Source: Fimbriiglobus sp.
GTDB lineage: Bacteria; Planctomycetota; Planctomycetia; Gemmatales; Gemmataceae
Length of the DNA stretch: 64,000 nt
Assembly: GCA_043727575.1 (NCBI GenBank)
Contig: JAYSYN010000244.1
Span: 2,932 to 66,931, forward strand
Direction: 5' to 3'
The notes under the pieces: generated by a model
Told to the model about the DNA's origin: nothing
The model's database searches: none
Seen by the model: the letters and a program-made list of their open reading frames with translations, nothing else
Shown here: piece by piece, positions 26,104 through 35,541 of the stretch
How positions within the stretch are numbered: position 1 is the first letter of the stretch
Layout: every line of letters starts with the position of its first letter
Position numbers and translations under genes: made by a program

Positions 26104-28533
26104 ATGCCCAAGAAAGTCATTTTGTTCGCCATCGGATTCGCGGTGATGACCGTGCTGGCCGGCACGCTGTTCGGCGCCGTGTACTTTGCGAAGAAACTCA
26201 CGTCGAAATCCCCGACGCCAGCACCGGTCGAGAATCTAGCCGCACCGGTGAAGTCCGAACCGACGCCCGATGTCGGATCCGCCGAATTCATTCACGCCGA
26301 AGTGAAGCCGACCGGATTCGAGGAAAAACTCAAGCCGTTCCTCGGAAAGTTTTGCACCTCGTGCCACAACACCACCGACGTCGCCGGGGGCGTCGATTTG
26401 TCGGCGTATCTCAACGAAGCCCACGCCCGCAAAGACCGCAAGGCGTGGGAGATGGTCGCCGAAGTCATTTCCGCCGGTAGCATGCCACCGAAAAAGAGCA
26501 AGGCGCAACCGACCAAAGCCGACCGGGACAACGCCCTCGGATACATCGAGAACACGCTGATCAAAATCGACTGCACCGCGCCGAAGGACGCCGGCCGGGT
26601 GACGCTCCGCCGGTTGAATCGGGCCGAGTACAACAATACGATCCGCGATCTCTGCGGCGTCGATTTCAAACCGGCTGAAGGCTTCCCGTCCGACGATGTC
26701 GGCTACGGCTTCGACAACATCGGCGATGTGCTTTCCCTGCAACCGGTGCTGATCGAGAAATATCTCGCCGCCGCCGACGAGATCCTGACCAAGGCGATTC
26801 CGATTCTCGACCCGATCAAATCGTCGAAGCAGCGCTTCGGCCAGCAAAACCTGATCGTCTTCCCACGCGGCGTGAAGAAAGACAACAAGATCGTCTTCAC
26901 CGTAGAAGGCTCCGCGGCGCTCGAAAAATTCAATTTCCCGGCCGAGGGGGATTACGTCGTCCGCGTGAAAGCGTGGGGCAACAAAGTCGGCGGCGATGCG
27001 GCCAAATTCGCCCTCCGCATCGATTCCAAAGACGCCGAAGAGTATAGCGTCGCCGCCCGGCCCGACAAACCGGCAACGTTCGAGTACAAAGCGAAATTCG
27101 CGGCCGGGGAGCGCAAGATCGCGGTGTCCTTCAACAATCCGTTCGAAGATAAAAAAGCCACCGACGACAACTTGAAGTTGCGCAAACTCGGCATCGAAAG
27201 CATCGAAATCGAAGGCCCCATCGGCGGGGCCCACCCGCCGTTGTCCGACTCGGCCAGATTGATGATCGTGGAATTACCCAAAGGGCCGGACGACACCGTC
27301 GCGGCCGAGAAAATCATCGCCAACTTCGCCCGCCGCGCGTACCGTCGGCCGGTGAAGTCCGAAGAAATGACGCGGTTGATGAAGCTGTTTGCATTGGCAC
27401 AAGCCAAGAAGGAATCGTTCGATAAGTCGCTGAATCTGCCGCTCAAAGCGATCTTGGTCTCCCCGCACTTCCTCTTCCGTATCGAGGACGATGCCAAACT
27501 GCCCGCGACGAGTCGGTCGCTCAACGACTTCGAATTCGCCAGCCGGCTCAGCTACTTCCTTTGGAGCACCATGCCCGACGAGGAATTATTCCGACTCGCG
27601 GCCGAGGGTGACGTCCGCAAGCCGGCCGTCCTGACCGCCCAGATCAAGCGGATGCTCAAAGACAAAAAGAGCGTCGCCCTCACCGAGAACTTCGCCGGGC
27701 AATGGTTGATGCTCCGGAATATCCGCACGTTGACACCGGACAAAGAGACCTACCCAAATTGGGATGAAGCTCTCCGTAGCTCCATGATCCGCGAGACCGA
27801 ATTATTTTTTGAACACATCGTCAAAAACGACCGCAAGGTCACCGAATTCCTCGACGCCGATTACACCTTCATCAACGACCGCCTCGCCAAGCATTACGGC
27901 ATTGGCGGCGTCCGCGGCTCCGAATTCCAACAAGTGAAACTTCAAAGCCAACAGCGCGGTGGCCTCGTTTCGATGGCCAGCTTTTTGACGGTGACCTCCA
28001 ACCCGACCCGCACATCCCCCGTCAAACGCGGCAAATGGGTGCTCGACAACCTGCTCGGTCAACCGCCACCCCCGCCCGCCCCGGATGTCCCGCAGCTCGA
28101 AGCGACCCCGTTGAAGGGCACCCTGCGCCAGCAGATGGAACAACACCGGGCCAACCCGAGTTGCGCCGGTTGCCATGCCAAACTCGACCCCCTCGGGTTC
28201 GGCCTCGAAAATTACGACGGCATCGGCGGCTGGCGGACGACCGAGAAAGCCGACAAGATCGATTCCACCGGCGTCTTGCCCGATGGGAAGAAATTCGATG
28301 GCCCGGCCGAATTGCGAAAGGTACTCCTTGGGAAGTCCGATTTATTCCGGAGGTGCCTCGCGGAAAAATTGTTGACCTTCGCCCTCGGACGTGGTTTAGA
28401 ATACTACGATAGGTGTGTCCTCGACGAACTCGTGACCAAGTTGAAATCCGCCGACGATCAGTTTTCCGCCTTGATTCTCGCCATCGCGCAGTCCGACCCG
28501 TTCACCAAACGCCAAAGCCAGAGGAGCGAATGA
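26104..28533 (+). CDS. DUF1592/DUF1595/DUF1587/DUF1588/DUF1585 multidomain protein with an N-terminal CxxCH heme motif
   Basis: The motifs are CTSCHN near the N-terminus, NRAEYNNTIRDL, FLWSTMPDEEL and CAGCHAKLDPLGFGLENYD, typical of this planctomycete family. The stop overlaps the next start (ATGA at 28530-28533). Confidence 0.85.
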   Translation: MPKKVILFAIGFAVMTVLAGTLFGAVYFAKKLTSKSPTPAPVENLAAPVKSEPTPDVGSAEFIHAEVKPTGFEEKLKPFLGKFCTSCHNTTDVAGGVDLSAYLNEAHARKDRKAWEMVAEVISAGSMPPKKSKAQPTKADRDNALGYIENTLIKIDCTAPKDAGRVTLRRLNRAEYNNTIRDLCGVDFKPAEGFPSDDVGYGFDNIGDVLSLQPVLIEKYLAAADEILTKAIPILDPIKSSKQRFGQQNLIVFPRGVKKDNKIVFTVEGSAALEKFNFPAEGDYVVRVKAWGNKVGGDAAKFALRIDSKDAEEYSVAARPDKPATFEYKAKFAAGERKIAVSFNNPFEDKKATDDNLKLRKLGIESIEIEGPIGGAHPPLSDSARLMIVELPKGPDDTVAAEKIIANFARRAYRRPVKSEEMTRLMKLFALAQAKKESFDKSLNLPLKAILVSPHFLFRIEDDAKLPATSRSLNDFEFASRLSYFLWSTMPDEELFRLAAEGDVRKPAVLTAQIKRMLKDKKSVALTENFAGQWLMLRNIRTLTPDKETYPNWDEALRSSMIRETELFFEHIVKNDRKVTEFLDADYTFINDRLAKHYGIGGVRGSEFQQVKLQSQQRGGLVSMASFLTVTSNPTRTSPVKRGKWVLDNLLGQPPPPPAPDVPQLEATPLKGTLRQQMEQHRANPSCAGCHAKLDPLGFGLENYDGIGGWRTTEKADKIDSTGVLPDGKKFDGPAELRKVLLGKSDLFRRCLAEKLLTFALGRGLEYYDRCVLDELVTKLKSADDQFSALILAIAQSDPFTKRQSQRSE

Positions 28534-29885
28534 GTATGAACCCGAGCATGTCGCGGCGAACCGCCTTGAAGGGTCTGGGCACCATCGTGGCCATCCCGTG
28601 GCTCGAATCGCTGGCCGTCGCGGCCCCGGCGACGCCGAGCCTCGCGGCTCCCGCCGCGGCGAAACGGCTCGCGTTCCTCTACGTCCCCAACGGCGCCCAC
28701 ATGGCCGACTGGACCCCCGCCGCCGCGGGCAAGCTCGATAAACTGCCGGACATCCTCGCCCCGCTCGACGCCTTCAAAAACAACATCAACGTGATGACCG
28801 GGCTGAAGCTGGACAAAGCCAACGCCAACGGCGATGGCCCCGGCGACCACGCCCGCGCCATGTCGTCGTTCCTCACCGGCCGGCAGGTCCGCAAGACCCA
28901 CGGGGCCGACATCCGCGTCGGCATCTCGGCCGATCAACACGCCGCGTCCGTCATCGGCGACCAAACCCGCTTCCCGAGTTTGGAACTCGGCATCGAGCGC
29001 GGCGGCCAGTCGGGTAACTGCGACTCGGGTTACAGCTGCGCGTATTCCGCGAACTTGTCGTGGCGCTCGGAAACGACTCCCAACGCCAAGGAAACCGACC
29101 CCAAAGCCGTCTTCGAACGCCTCTTCGGCGGCAACGACCCCAAAGATGTGAGCGAAGCCCGCGCGAAGAAGGAACTCTACAACAAGAGCATCCTCGATTA
29201 CGTGATGGACGACGCCAAAGCCCTCAATACGCAACTGGGGCAGGGCGATCAGCGAAAGCTCGACGAATATCTGTCGGCCGTGCGCGAAGTCGAACAGCGG
29301 ATCGAAAAGACCAAGAAAATCAACGCCGATCGCAAACCGGCGGCCAAGCCGGACATGGCCGCGCCGACCGGCATCCCGAAGGAAATGAAGGACCACGTCC
29401 GCCTGATGAGCGACCTGATGGTGCTGGCCTTCCAAGCCGACCTGACGCGCGTCATCACGATGCCCTTCGCCAACGACGGCAGCAATCGGGCCTACCCCAC
29501 CATCGGCGTGCCGGACGGCCATCACGACTGCAGCCACCACGGCAAGAACGCCGATAAACAGGCGAAGATCAAGAAGATCAACACCTTCCACATCGAGCAA
29601 CTGGCTTACTTGGTCGGCAAACTGAAGGCGACCAAAGACGTCAACGGGACGAACCTGCTCGACTCGCTGCTCATGGTCTACGGCTCGGGTATCGGCGACG
29701 GCGACCGCCATAACCACGACGATTTGCCCATCGTCCTCATCGGCAACGGCGGCGGGAAAGTCGAAGGTGGCCGACACCTCAAGTACAACCGCGAACCGCT
29801 AATGAACCTCTACTTGACGATGTTCGAACACGCCGGCGCCCCGGCCAAGTCCTTCGGGGATAGCACCGGGTTGTTGAAAATTTAG
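28530..29885 (+). CDS. DUF1552-domain protein (Tat-type signal)
   Basis: The N-terminus MSMNPSMSRRTALKGLGTIVAIPWLESLA is Tat-like. The C-terminal DGDRHNHDDLPIVLIGNGGG motif marks it as the usual partner of DUF1592 proteins. Confidence 0.85.
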   Translation: MSMNPSMSRRTALKGLGTIVAIPWLESLAVAAPATPSLAAPAAAKRLAFLYVPNGAHMADWTPAAAGKLDKLPDILAPLDAFKNNINVMTGLKLDKANANGDGPGDHARAMSSFLTGRQVRKTHGADIRVGISADQHAASVIGDQTRFPSLELGIERGGQSGNCDSGYSCAYSANLSWRSETTPNAKETDPKAVFERLFGGNDPKDVSEARAKKELYNKSILDYVMDDAKALNTQLGQGDQRKLDEYLSAVREVEQRIEKTKKINADRKPAAKPDMAAPTGIPKEMKDHVRLMSDLMVLAFQADLTRVITMPFANDGSNRAYPTIGVPDGHHDCSHHGKNADKQAKIKKINTFHIEQLAYLVGKLKATKDVNGTNLLDSLLMVYGSGIGDGDRHNHDDLPIVLIGNGGGKVEGGRHLKYNREPLMNLYLTMFEHAGAPAKSFGDSTGLLKI

Positions 29886-29946
29886 GCAGAAGTTCGGGAA
29901 GTGACCTTTCCGAATCCGCCCGCCCCGCTAAGATTCTGGTACACGA

Positions 29947-30021
29947 CGCGGCGTGGAGCAGCCCGGTCAGCTCGCCAGGCTCATAACCTGGAGGTCATTG
30001 GTTCAAATCCAATCGCCGCAA
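29947..30021 (+). tRNA. tRNA-Met (CAT), initiator-like
   Basis: I folded the cloverleaf by hand: acceptor CGCGGCG/CGCCGCA, D stem GAGC/GCTC, anticodon stem CCAGG/CCTGG with loop CTCATAA, T stem ATTGG/CCAAT with loop TTCAAAT. It is near-identical in layout to E. coli tRNA-fMet, including the C1xA72 mismatch and A11:U24. CCA is not encoded. Confidence 0.92.
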
Positions 30022-30072
30022 CTTTAGGTGCAGTAGAATAACCTAGAATTTCTAGGTGCGCTAAAGATTTGT

Positions 30073-30112
30073 AGCCCACTCAACAACTACGTTTGTTGAG
30101 TGGGCTTTTTTT
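30073..30112 (+). terminator. rho-independent terminator downstream of the tRNA
   Basis: AGCCCACTCAACAA-ctacgt-TTGTTGAGTGGGCT is a 14-bp perfect stem. It is followed by TTTTTTT. Confidence 0.8.
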
Positions 30113-30165
30113 GTTATGTGTGATCACAGTCACTTTGCCACTCACCTAAAAGTTAAACTTTAAGT

Positions 30166-30615
30166 ATGAGAGCAATCAACCCTTGGATTATTAAACGGTA
30201 CCCTGTAAAGCCGGATACTTCGGACGAGAAGTGTTTGATTGCGGCAATGCTTCCAAACCGCACGACTGAGAGAGAGGTAGGAAGAATGATGCAATTTTTA
30301 TTGTCATCTGAAGACATATACACGCAGATCACTTTTGCGAAATCCAAACCATGCTGGAACTGGCATCGAAACGAATGCTTCCCATCGCTTTGGTGCGGTC
30401 AACCACCGAATCTACTTTACTCTCAACATGCCCTGAACTTAACGATGACTTCGGATGGTGAAGGTTTTGAAATGCTTGAGTGGGAGGAAATTGATTATCC
30501 GTGTCGACCGAAAGCTCTAGACCCCCTTGTGTTTATTACCACATTCATTGAAATACGTCGGCGCTTCAGGTATTCTCAAAAGACCAACGCAATTACGTGT
30601 CTTACCCCTCGGTGA
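30166..30615 (+). CDS. hypothetical protein (149 aa) inside the low-GC islet
   Basis: This is the only substantial ORF in the AT-rich stretch. The product is Cys/Trp-rich (KPCWNWHRNECFPSLWCGQPP). I see no family or RBS, so coding status is uncertain. Confidence 0.35.
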   Translation: MRAINPWIIKRYPVKPDTSDEKCLIAAMLPNRTTEREVGRMMQFLLSSEDIYTQITFAKSKPCWNWHRNECFPSLWCGQPPNLLYSQHALNLTMTSDGEGFEMLEWEEIDYPCRPKALDPLVFITTFIEIRRRFRYSQKTNAITCLTPR

Positions 30616-30633
30616 ATCGCGAAACACTTCTTG

Positions 30634-30744
30634 GTAGGGCGGGTGGAATCTTCGCACCCCGCCGCCGGAAGTTAGGCAACTCGACGGAAACAGCGGAGCG
30701 CACTCCGTCCCTGCGGCGGGTTCCGAAGACTACACCCGCCCTAC
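30634..30744. repeat. long imperfect hairpin (about 110 nt) at the 3' end of the S1/P1 nuclease gene
   Basis: The outer 12-bp arms GTAGGGCGGGTG (30634-30645) and CACCCGCCCTAC (30733-30744) pair perfectly. Inner complementary blocks are CCCGCCGC/GCGGCGGG and CTTCG/CGAAG. Confidence 0.6.
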
Positions 30745-30763
30745 GAAGAGACCTCCGACAGTC

Positions 30764-31765
30764 TCAATAAGCCGACCGGATTCGCCACAACTCGATGCTG
30801 GGCATACCGTGCCGGGACGATTCCAGCTTTTTGCAATGGTTCCACGGAAGGCTGTGTGGAATGGCGCTGGAATCATTTTTCACTTCACCCTCGGCTTCCC
30901 GCTCCTCGTCGTCCGCGAAGGCGTCGTTGAGGAATTTCGCCAGCCGGAGCCCGCCGCGGATCAGTTGGAGTTCCGCGACCTCGGCCCCCTCCTTCAGGTA
31001 GTCCTCGGAGAGGGTGTGCCCCTCGGCCTCCAGCGCTTCGCCTTTGTCTTGGTAAACTTTCGCCCGCGCGAGTTTGTGGCTTTCCACAATCCATTCTTCG
31101 AGCGTCCCCTTTTGGTGGACCTCGGTTTTCTCGGCGTCGAGTCGGCCGATCAACCGCGCGGCGTAGTCCTCGCTCGACAGTGCGCCCATCGCCCGGGCGA
31201 CGACGACCGAATCCCAAACCTTGTGGAGATTCGGCGCGTCTTTGTCCCCGGCCTTCACGAACACCTTGACGAGGTTGCCGCCTTTGTCTTTGTTGCGCTC
31301 GGCGCAGTGCAGCGGCTGGTGGAAGTCGCCGACGAAGTGGGCGATGAAGAAGAGCGCCTCCCGACGCTCTTGGAGCGGCTTCTTCGGATCGGTCACGATG
31401 GCCCGGAATTTGAGGAGCGCAGAATAGACGCAGTCGGTGTCGGCGAACGATTTCGCGACGTCGATCTTGGCGACATCGGACTCGATGTCGATGTCGACGT
31501 AGTGCCACTGCGGCGCCTTCGGGTATTTGTCTTTGTAGACGGAGCTCCCACGGATCGCATCGGCCCAGTTGACGAGTTTGGTATCGGCGAGGTTTTTGAA
31601 TTGGTGGTCTTTCAGCAATTCGCCGATCGCGTCGCGGGCTTGTTTATTCAAATGCTTCTCGGCGATCGCCCCGACGACCTCGTGCCCTTCCTTGCCCCAC
31701 GCGTGCGCCCGATTCGGCGCGAGGCCGGCCAATGCGATCGCCAATACCGGTATCCACTTCGCCAT
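30764..31765 (-). CDS. S1/P1-family nuclease, secreted
   Basis: The mature N-terminal Trp follows the signal peptide (...APNRAHAWGKEGHEVVGAIAE). Also present are WADAIR, WHYVDI, HFVGDFHQPLHC and GGN. I trimmed to MAKWIPVLAIALAGLA. It has a roughly 48-aa C-terminal extension. Confidence 0.85.
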   Translation of the reverse strand: MAKWIPVLAIALAGLAPNRAHAWGKEGHEVVGAIAEKHLNKQARDAIGELLKDHQFKNLADTKLVNWADAIRGSSVYKDKYPKAPQWHYVDIDIESDVAKIDVAKSFADTDCVYSALLKFRAIVTDPKKPLQERREALFFIAHFVGDFHQPLHCAERNKDKGGNLVKVFVKAGDKDAPNLHKVWDSVVVARAMGALSSEDYAARLIGRLDAEKTEVHQKGTLEEWIVESHKLARAKVYQDKGEALEAEGHTLSEDYLKEGAEVAELQLIRGGLRLAKFLNDAFADDEEREAEGEVKNDSSAIPHSLPWNHCKKLESSRHGMPSIELWRIRSAY

Positions 31766-31886
31766 CGGGTATCCCTCGCGGCGTCCCACCGAAAAGCGGG
31801 ACACAGAATTTGAGTATCTCCGCTCTCCTGTTGTATGGCGGGTATACTATCCCGGTGAGAATGGGAACTTCGGAAGGGCCTCCGCC

Positions 31887-33029
31887 GTGTCGCAAACGCT
31901 GTCGCGCTGGAAAGCGATTTTGCTGGGGTCGACGGTCGTCGCACTGCTGGCCTGCGCCGGCTACAGCCTCATGCGGGCGGCGAATAAGAACGGCCTTTGG
32001 GCCGAGACCGCCGAAGTCACGGTCGCGTTCCCCGAAGCGCACGACCTCGCCCCCGGGACGCCGGTCCGTATCCGCGGCGTGGATGCCGGGAAGATCGTCG
32101 CCATCGAGTATCCGGATCACGATGGCGACGGCGCGGCCGTGACGGTGCGGATGCAAATCGACGCCAAATATTCGTCCCGCCTCTACGCCGACGCCAGTGC
32201 CCAGGTGCATTCCACCGGATTGCTCGGGGCGAAGGTGATCTCGATCCAACCGGGAAATCCGAAGACCGGGCCGCTGACGGACGGCCGGTTGACGCCCAAA
32301 GAAACGCCCGACATCGCGATGGCTGCGGCCAAGATCGGCGACACTGCCGACGAAGCCAAGCTGCTGTTGAAGGAAGTCCGCACCGGCAACGGCACGCTGT
32401 CCAAGTTGCTCCAAGACGACAAACTTTACACCGAAATGACCGGCCTCGCGGGGGATTCTCGCAAGATGATCCGCCGGGCCGATTCCGCCGTCGGCACCGT
32501 CGAAGAGAAGTCCGCGGACGTCGATAAATTCGTGAAGGACGGCCGCGAGACGCTGAAGAGCGTGAAGCAGGGGACGGACGCGGTGCAGAAGATGCCGTTG
32601 ATCCGGAGTTACGTCACCGACGCCGCGGCAATCTTGGTTCGGCCCGACCAGCGCCGGGAACTCGTGACTTACAGCACCGCGGATCTCTTCGAAAGCGACA
32701 CGGCGATTTTGACCGAGAGCGGCAAAGATCACTTGGGTCAAGTGGCGGCGTGGTTGAAGGGGTTGCGGAACGACAAGGCCGATGTGGTCGTCGCAGCGCT
32801 CTGCGATCCGGGCCACGTCGGCCAAACGCCCTCCTCGGCCGGGGAACTGACGAAGAAGCAATCGGAGACGGTCGTCGAGTTTTTGAAGGGCCAGAAAGCC
32901 TTCAAAACGGGGTTGGTATCCTCCCGAAAGGTCACGCCGCTCGGGATGGGACAAGGCCCGTCGCCGGTGATCGAGAAAGGGCCGATGCCACCGTCGTATT
33001 TGCAAATTGTGGTCTTCACACCGCAGTGA
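31887..33029 (+). CDS. MlaD/Mce-domain protein with a C-terminal OmpA-like region
   Basis: A TM segment (ILLGSTVVALLACAGYSL) is followed by an Mce-like VTVAFPEAHDLAPGTPVRIRGVDAGKIVAIE. The GTG start at 31887 follows GGAAGG. The upstream part of the track ORF 31569..33029 overlaps the nuclease gene and is rejected. Confidence 0.7.
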   Translation: MSQTLSRWKAILLGSTVVALLACAGYSLMRAANKNGLWAETAEVTVAFPEAHDLAPGTPVRIRGVDAGKIVAIEYPDHDGDGAAVTVRMQIDAKYSSRLYADASAQVHSTGLLGAKVISIQPGNPKTGPLTDGRLTPKETPDIAMAAAKIGDTADEAKLLLKEVRTGNGTLSKLLQDDKLYTEMTGLAGDSRKMIRRADSAVGTVEEKSADVDKFVKDGRETLKSVKQGTDAVQKMPLIRSYVTDAAAILVRPDQRRELVTYSTADLFESDTAILTESGKDHLGQVAAWLKGLRNDKADVVVAALCDPGHVGQTPSSAGELTKKQSETVVEFLKGQKAFKTGLVSSRKVTPLGMGQGPSPVIEKGPMPPSYLQIVVFTPQ

Positions 33030-33049
33030 CTCAGCCTCGGCACGGAACT

Positions 33050-33994
33050 ATGCCCGACACCGCGACCGCCCCGTTCCCATCCGCCGTTTGCACGACCCGG
33101 GACTCGGCGCGCATCGCGGCGCTCTATCGCCACGGGCGCATCCAATACCCGTCGCTGACGTTTCCCGAAGCCGCGTACCGCGCTCATCTGGAACGGGCCT
33201 ACAGCACCTACGACGCCAAGGTCGAAGGGCCTGCCATCGCTTGGGGGGCTTTTCTAGAAAGCTTGTACGCTTTCGATTGGTTCGTCACCTGCGGTTGCGC
33301 CGAAGGCCTCGACGCCGCTTGGGAAATCTTGTTCAACACCCGTACCGGTCGCAGCGATTGTCTTTTGCTCGATGCCTTGCGGGCCCGGGCGTGCCGGTTG
33401 TATCCGCGCGACGATGAGAAGCAGGAGAGCGCCGTCGCCGAGTTCTGGAGCCACTTGATCGTTCCCGATGCCGAGGGACGGACGCCGACGCTGTTGCGTT
33501 ACGACGGCCAACGGCCGCTCGCCCCCTGGTTGATCCGCGTCTTTCAAAACTGGCATTTGTCGAAGCTGCGCAAGCACCCCGGCGCCACCGCGCTGCCGGA
33601 CGACGACTTGGCGATGGAACTGCCGTCGAAGACCAAGACCGAGACGCGCTGGCACGAAGCCTTCTGCACCGCCGCGCGCGAGTGGCTCGGCGGCATGGCC
33701 GACGGCGAACGCCTGCTTCTAGGTCTGCGTTGGCGCTACCGCATGAGTCAGCGCGACGTGGCCGCGCTGCTCGGCGTCCACGAAGGGACGATATCTCGCC
33801 AGACCGACAAACTGAGGGACGGCGCGCTCGAATCGATCCGGGCGAAATTGATCGCCGAAGGCTGGACCGAAGACGACCTCGAAGGCTACATCCTCACCGA
33901 AATGGGGGGCCTATTGCTCGACGACCCGCGTTTGTCGGCGGATCAATTGGGCCGACTGCTGCATGCGAAAGGGAAGGCGTTGCCGGTGGGGTGA
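33050..33994 (+). CDS. sigma-70-family-like protein (region-4 HTH)
   Basis: ERLLLGLRWRYRMSQRDVAALLGVHEGTISRQTDKLRDGAL resembles a sigma region 4.2 HTH. The N-terminal part is only weakly region-2-like. The ATG at 33050 is aa 101 of the track ORF. Confidence 0.55.
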   Translation: MPDTATAPFPSAVCTTRDSARIAALYRHGRIQYPSLTFPEAAYRAHLERAYSTYDAKVEGPAIAWGAFLESLYAFDWFVTCGCAEGLDAAWEILFNTRTGRSDCLLLDALRARACRLYPRDDEKQESAVAEFWSHLIVPDAEGRTPTLLRYDGQRPLAPWLIRVFQNWHLSKLRKHPGATALPDDDLAMELPSKTKTETRWHEAFCTAAREWLGGMADGERLLLGLRWRYRMSQRDVAALLGVHEGTISRQTDKLRDGALESIRAKLIAEGWTEDDLEGYILTEMGGLLLDDPRLSADQLGRLLHAKGKALPVG

Positions 33995-34118
33995 AAAGTA
34001 TCAGGTGGTTTGATCGCATGGGAAAACAGACAGTTTCCCGGGGTTCGCTATACTGTTGGAGTCGCGGGGTCTGCCTCTTCCCACCCGCCCGTCAAATCGA
34101 TCGTATCATCCGAGAGGG

Positions 34119-35537
34119 ATGCCCGTGACCCCGCGTGAAGTCTTGGCGCTACTGCGCGAAAAAGAAGTGCGTGCCGTCGATCTGCGCTTCATGGACTTCC
34201 CCGGTCTCTGGAAGCACTTCACCGTCCCGGCCGAGATGATCACCGAAGAAACCTTCGAAGAAGGCATCGGCTTCGACGGCTCCGGTCTGCGCGGCTGGCA
34301 GAAGATCAATGAGTCGGACATGCTCGTGGTGCCGCAACCCGAGACGCTCTTCCTCGACCCCTTCGCGCGCGAAATCACCCTCGGTATCTTGTGCAATATC
34401 CAAGATCCTAGTACCCGCGAAGACTACTCGAAGGACCCGCGCAACGTCGCCCGCAAGTCGGTCAACTACATGAAATCGACGGGGCTGGCCGACACGGCGC
34501 AGTTCGGCCCGTCGCTCGAGTTCTTCGTCTTCGACGACGTGAAGTACGACCAAACGAGCCACAGCGCGTTCTACTACGTCGACAGCAACGAAGCCGTGTG
34601 GAACACGGGGCGCGACGAGAAGCCGAACCTCGGGTATAAAATCCCGAAGGGGCAGGGCTACTTCCCCTGCACGCCCGCCGATTCGATGAACGACCTGCGC
34701 ACCGAAATGATGCTCGCGATGGGCGGCATCGGCATGACGGTCGAAAGCCACCACCACGAGAAAGCCAGCGGCGGGCAGTGCGCCATCGACATCCGCTACA
34801 GCGATCTCGTTGCCATGGCCGACAACGTGTTGAAGTACAAATACGTGGTGAAGAACGTGGCCCGCCGGCACGGCAAGACCGCGACCTTCATGCCGAAGCC
34901 CTTGTTCGACGAGTTCGGAAGCGGCATGCACATCCACTCATCCCTGTGGAAAAACGGCACCAACCTCTTCGCCGGCTCGGGATACTCGGGACTGTCCGAC
35001 GCGGCCCGCTACGCCATCGGCGGGATTTTGAAACACGCCCGGGCGCTCTGCGCGATCACGAACCCGACGACGAACAGCTACAAGCGATTGGTCCCCGGTT
35101 TCGAAGCGCCGACGAGCCTGGCCTACAGCCAGCGCAACCGCTCCGCAGCGATCCGCATCCCGGTCTATTCGAGCCGGCCGAAATCGAAGCGCATCGAGTA
35201 CCGATTGCCCGACGGCGCGGCGAACCCCTACCTCGCTTTCGCCGCGATGCTCATGGCCATGCTCGACGGCATGCGCAACAAGATCGACCCAGGCGAACCG
35301 CTCGACAAAGACATCTACGACCTGCAACCGGAAGAATTGAAGGACGTGCCCAGCACCCCCGCGACCTTGGACGATGCTCTCGTGGCCCTCGAGAAGGACC
35401 ACGAGTTCTTATTGCACGGCGGCGTCTTCACGGAGGATGTGATCGAAACTTGGGTGCGGTACAAGCGTACGGAGGAAGTCACGGCGGTACGGATGCGGCC
35501 GCATCCGTATGAATTTGCGCTGTATTACGATAGTTAG
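34119..35537 (+). CDS. glnA: glutamine synthetase, type I
   Basis: MPVTPREVLALLREKEVRAVDLRFMDFPGLWKHFTVP...FDGSGLRGW...KPLFDEFGSGMHIHSSLW...NSYKRLVPGFEAP. GAGAGGG precedes the ATG. Confidence 0.95.
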   Translation: MPVTPREVLALLREKEVRAVDLRFMDFPGLWKHFTVPAEMITEETFEEGIGFDGSGLRGWQKINESDMLVVPQPETLFLDPFAREITLGILCNIQDPSTREDYSKDPRNVARKSVNYMKSTGLADTAQFGPSLEFFVFDDVKYDQTSHSAFYYVDSNEAVWNTGRDEKPNLGYKIPKGQGYFPCTPADSMNDLRTEMMLAMGGIGMTVESHHHEKASGGQCAIDIRYSDLVAMADNVLKYKYVVKNVARRHGKTATFMPKPLFDEFGSGMHIHSSLWKNGTNLFAGSGYSGLSDAARYAIGGILKHARALCAITNPTTNSYKRLVPGFEAPTSLAYSQRNRSAAIRIPVYSSRPKSKRIEYRLPDGAANPYLAFAAMLMAMLDGMRNKIDPGEPLDKDIYDLQPEELKDVPSTPATLDDALVALEKDHEFLLHGGVFTEDVIETWVRYKRTEEVTAVRMRPHPYEFALYYDS

Positions 35538-35541
35538 CCCC

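Noticed and set aside
30153-30347. 64-aa minus-strand ORF in the AT-rich islet
   Set aside because: It is short and overlaps the longer plus-strand ORF. I see no RBS or motif. In AT-rich DNA such ORFs arise by chance less often than in GC-rich DNA, but the evidence is insufficient.
29947-30760. Integrated mobile element with att duplication at the tRNA
   Set aside because: I found no second copy of the tRNA 3' end (GGTTCAAATCCAATCGCCGCA) and no integrase or transposase ORF. I therefore report only a compositional islet, not a mobile_element feature.
33995-34118. glnA leader RNA or sigma-54/NtcA-type promoter upstream of glnA
   Set aside because: A small palindrome (GGGAAA-N8-TTTCCC) is present. 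There is no convincing TGGCAC-N5-TTGC or GTA-N8-TAC match, so the evidence is too weak to call.
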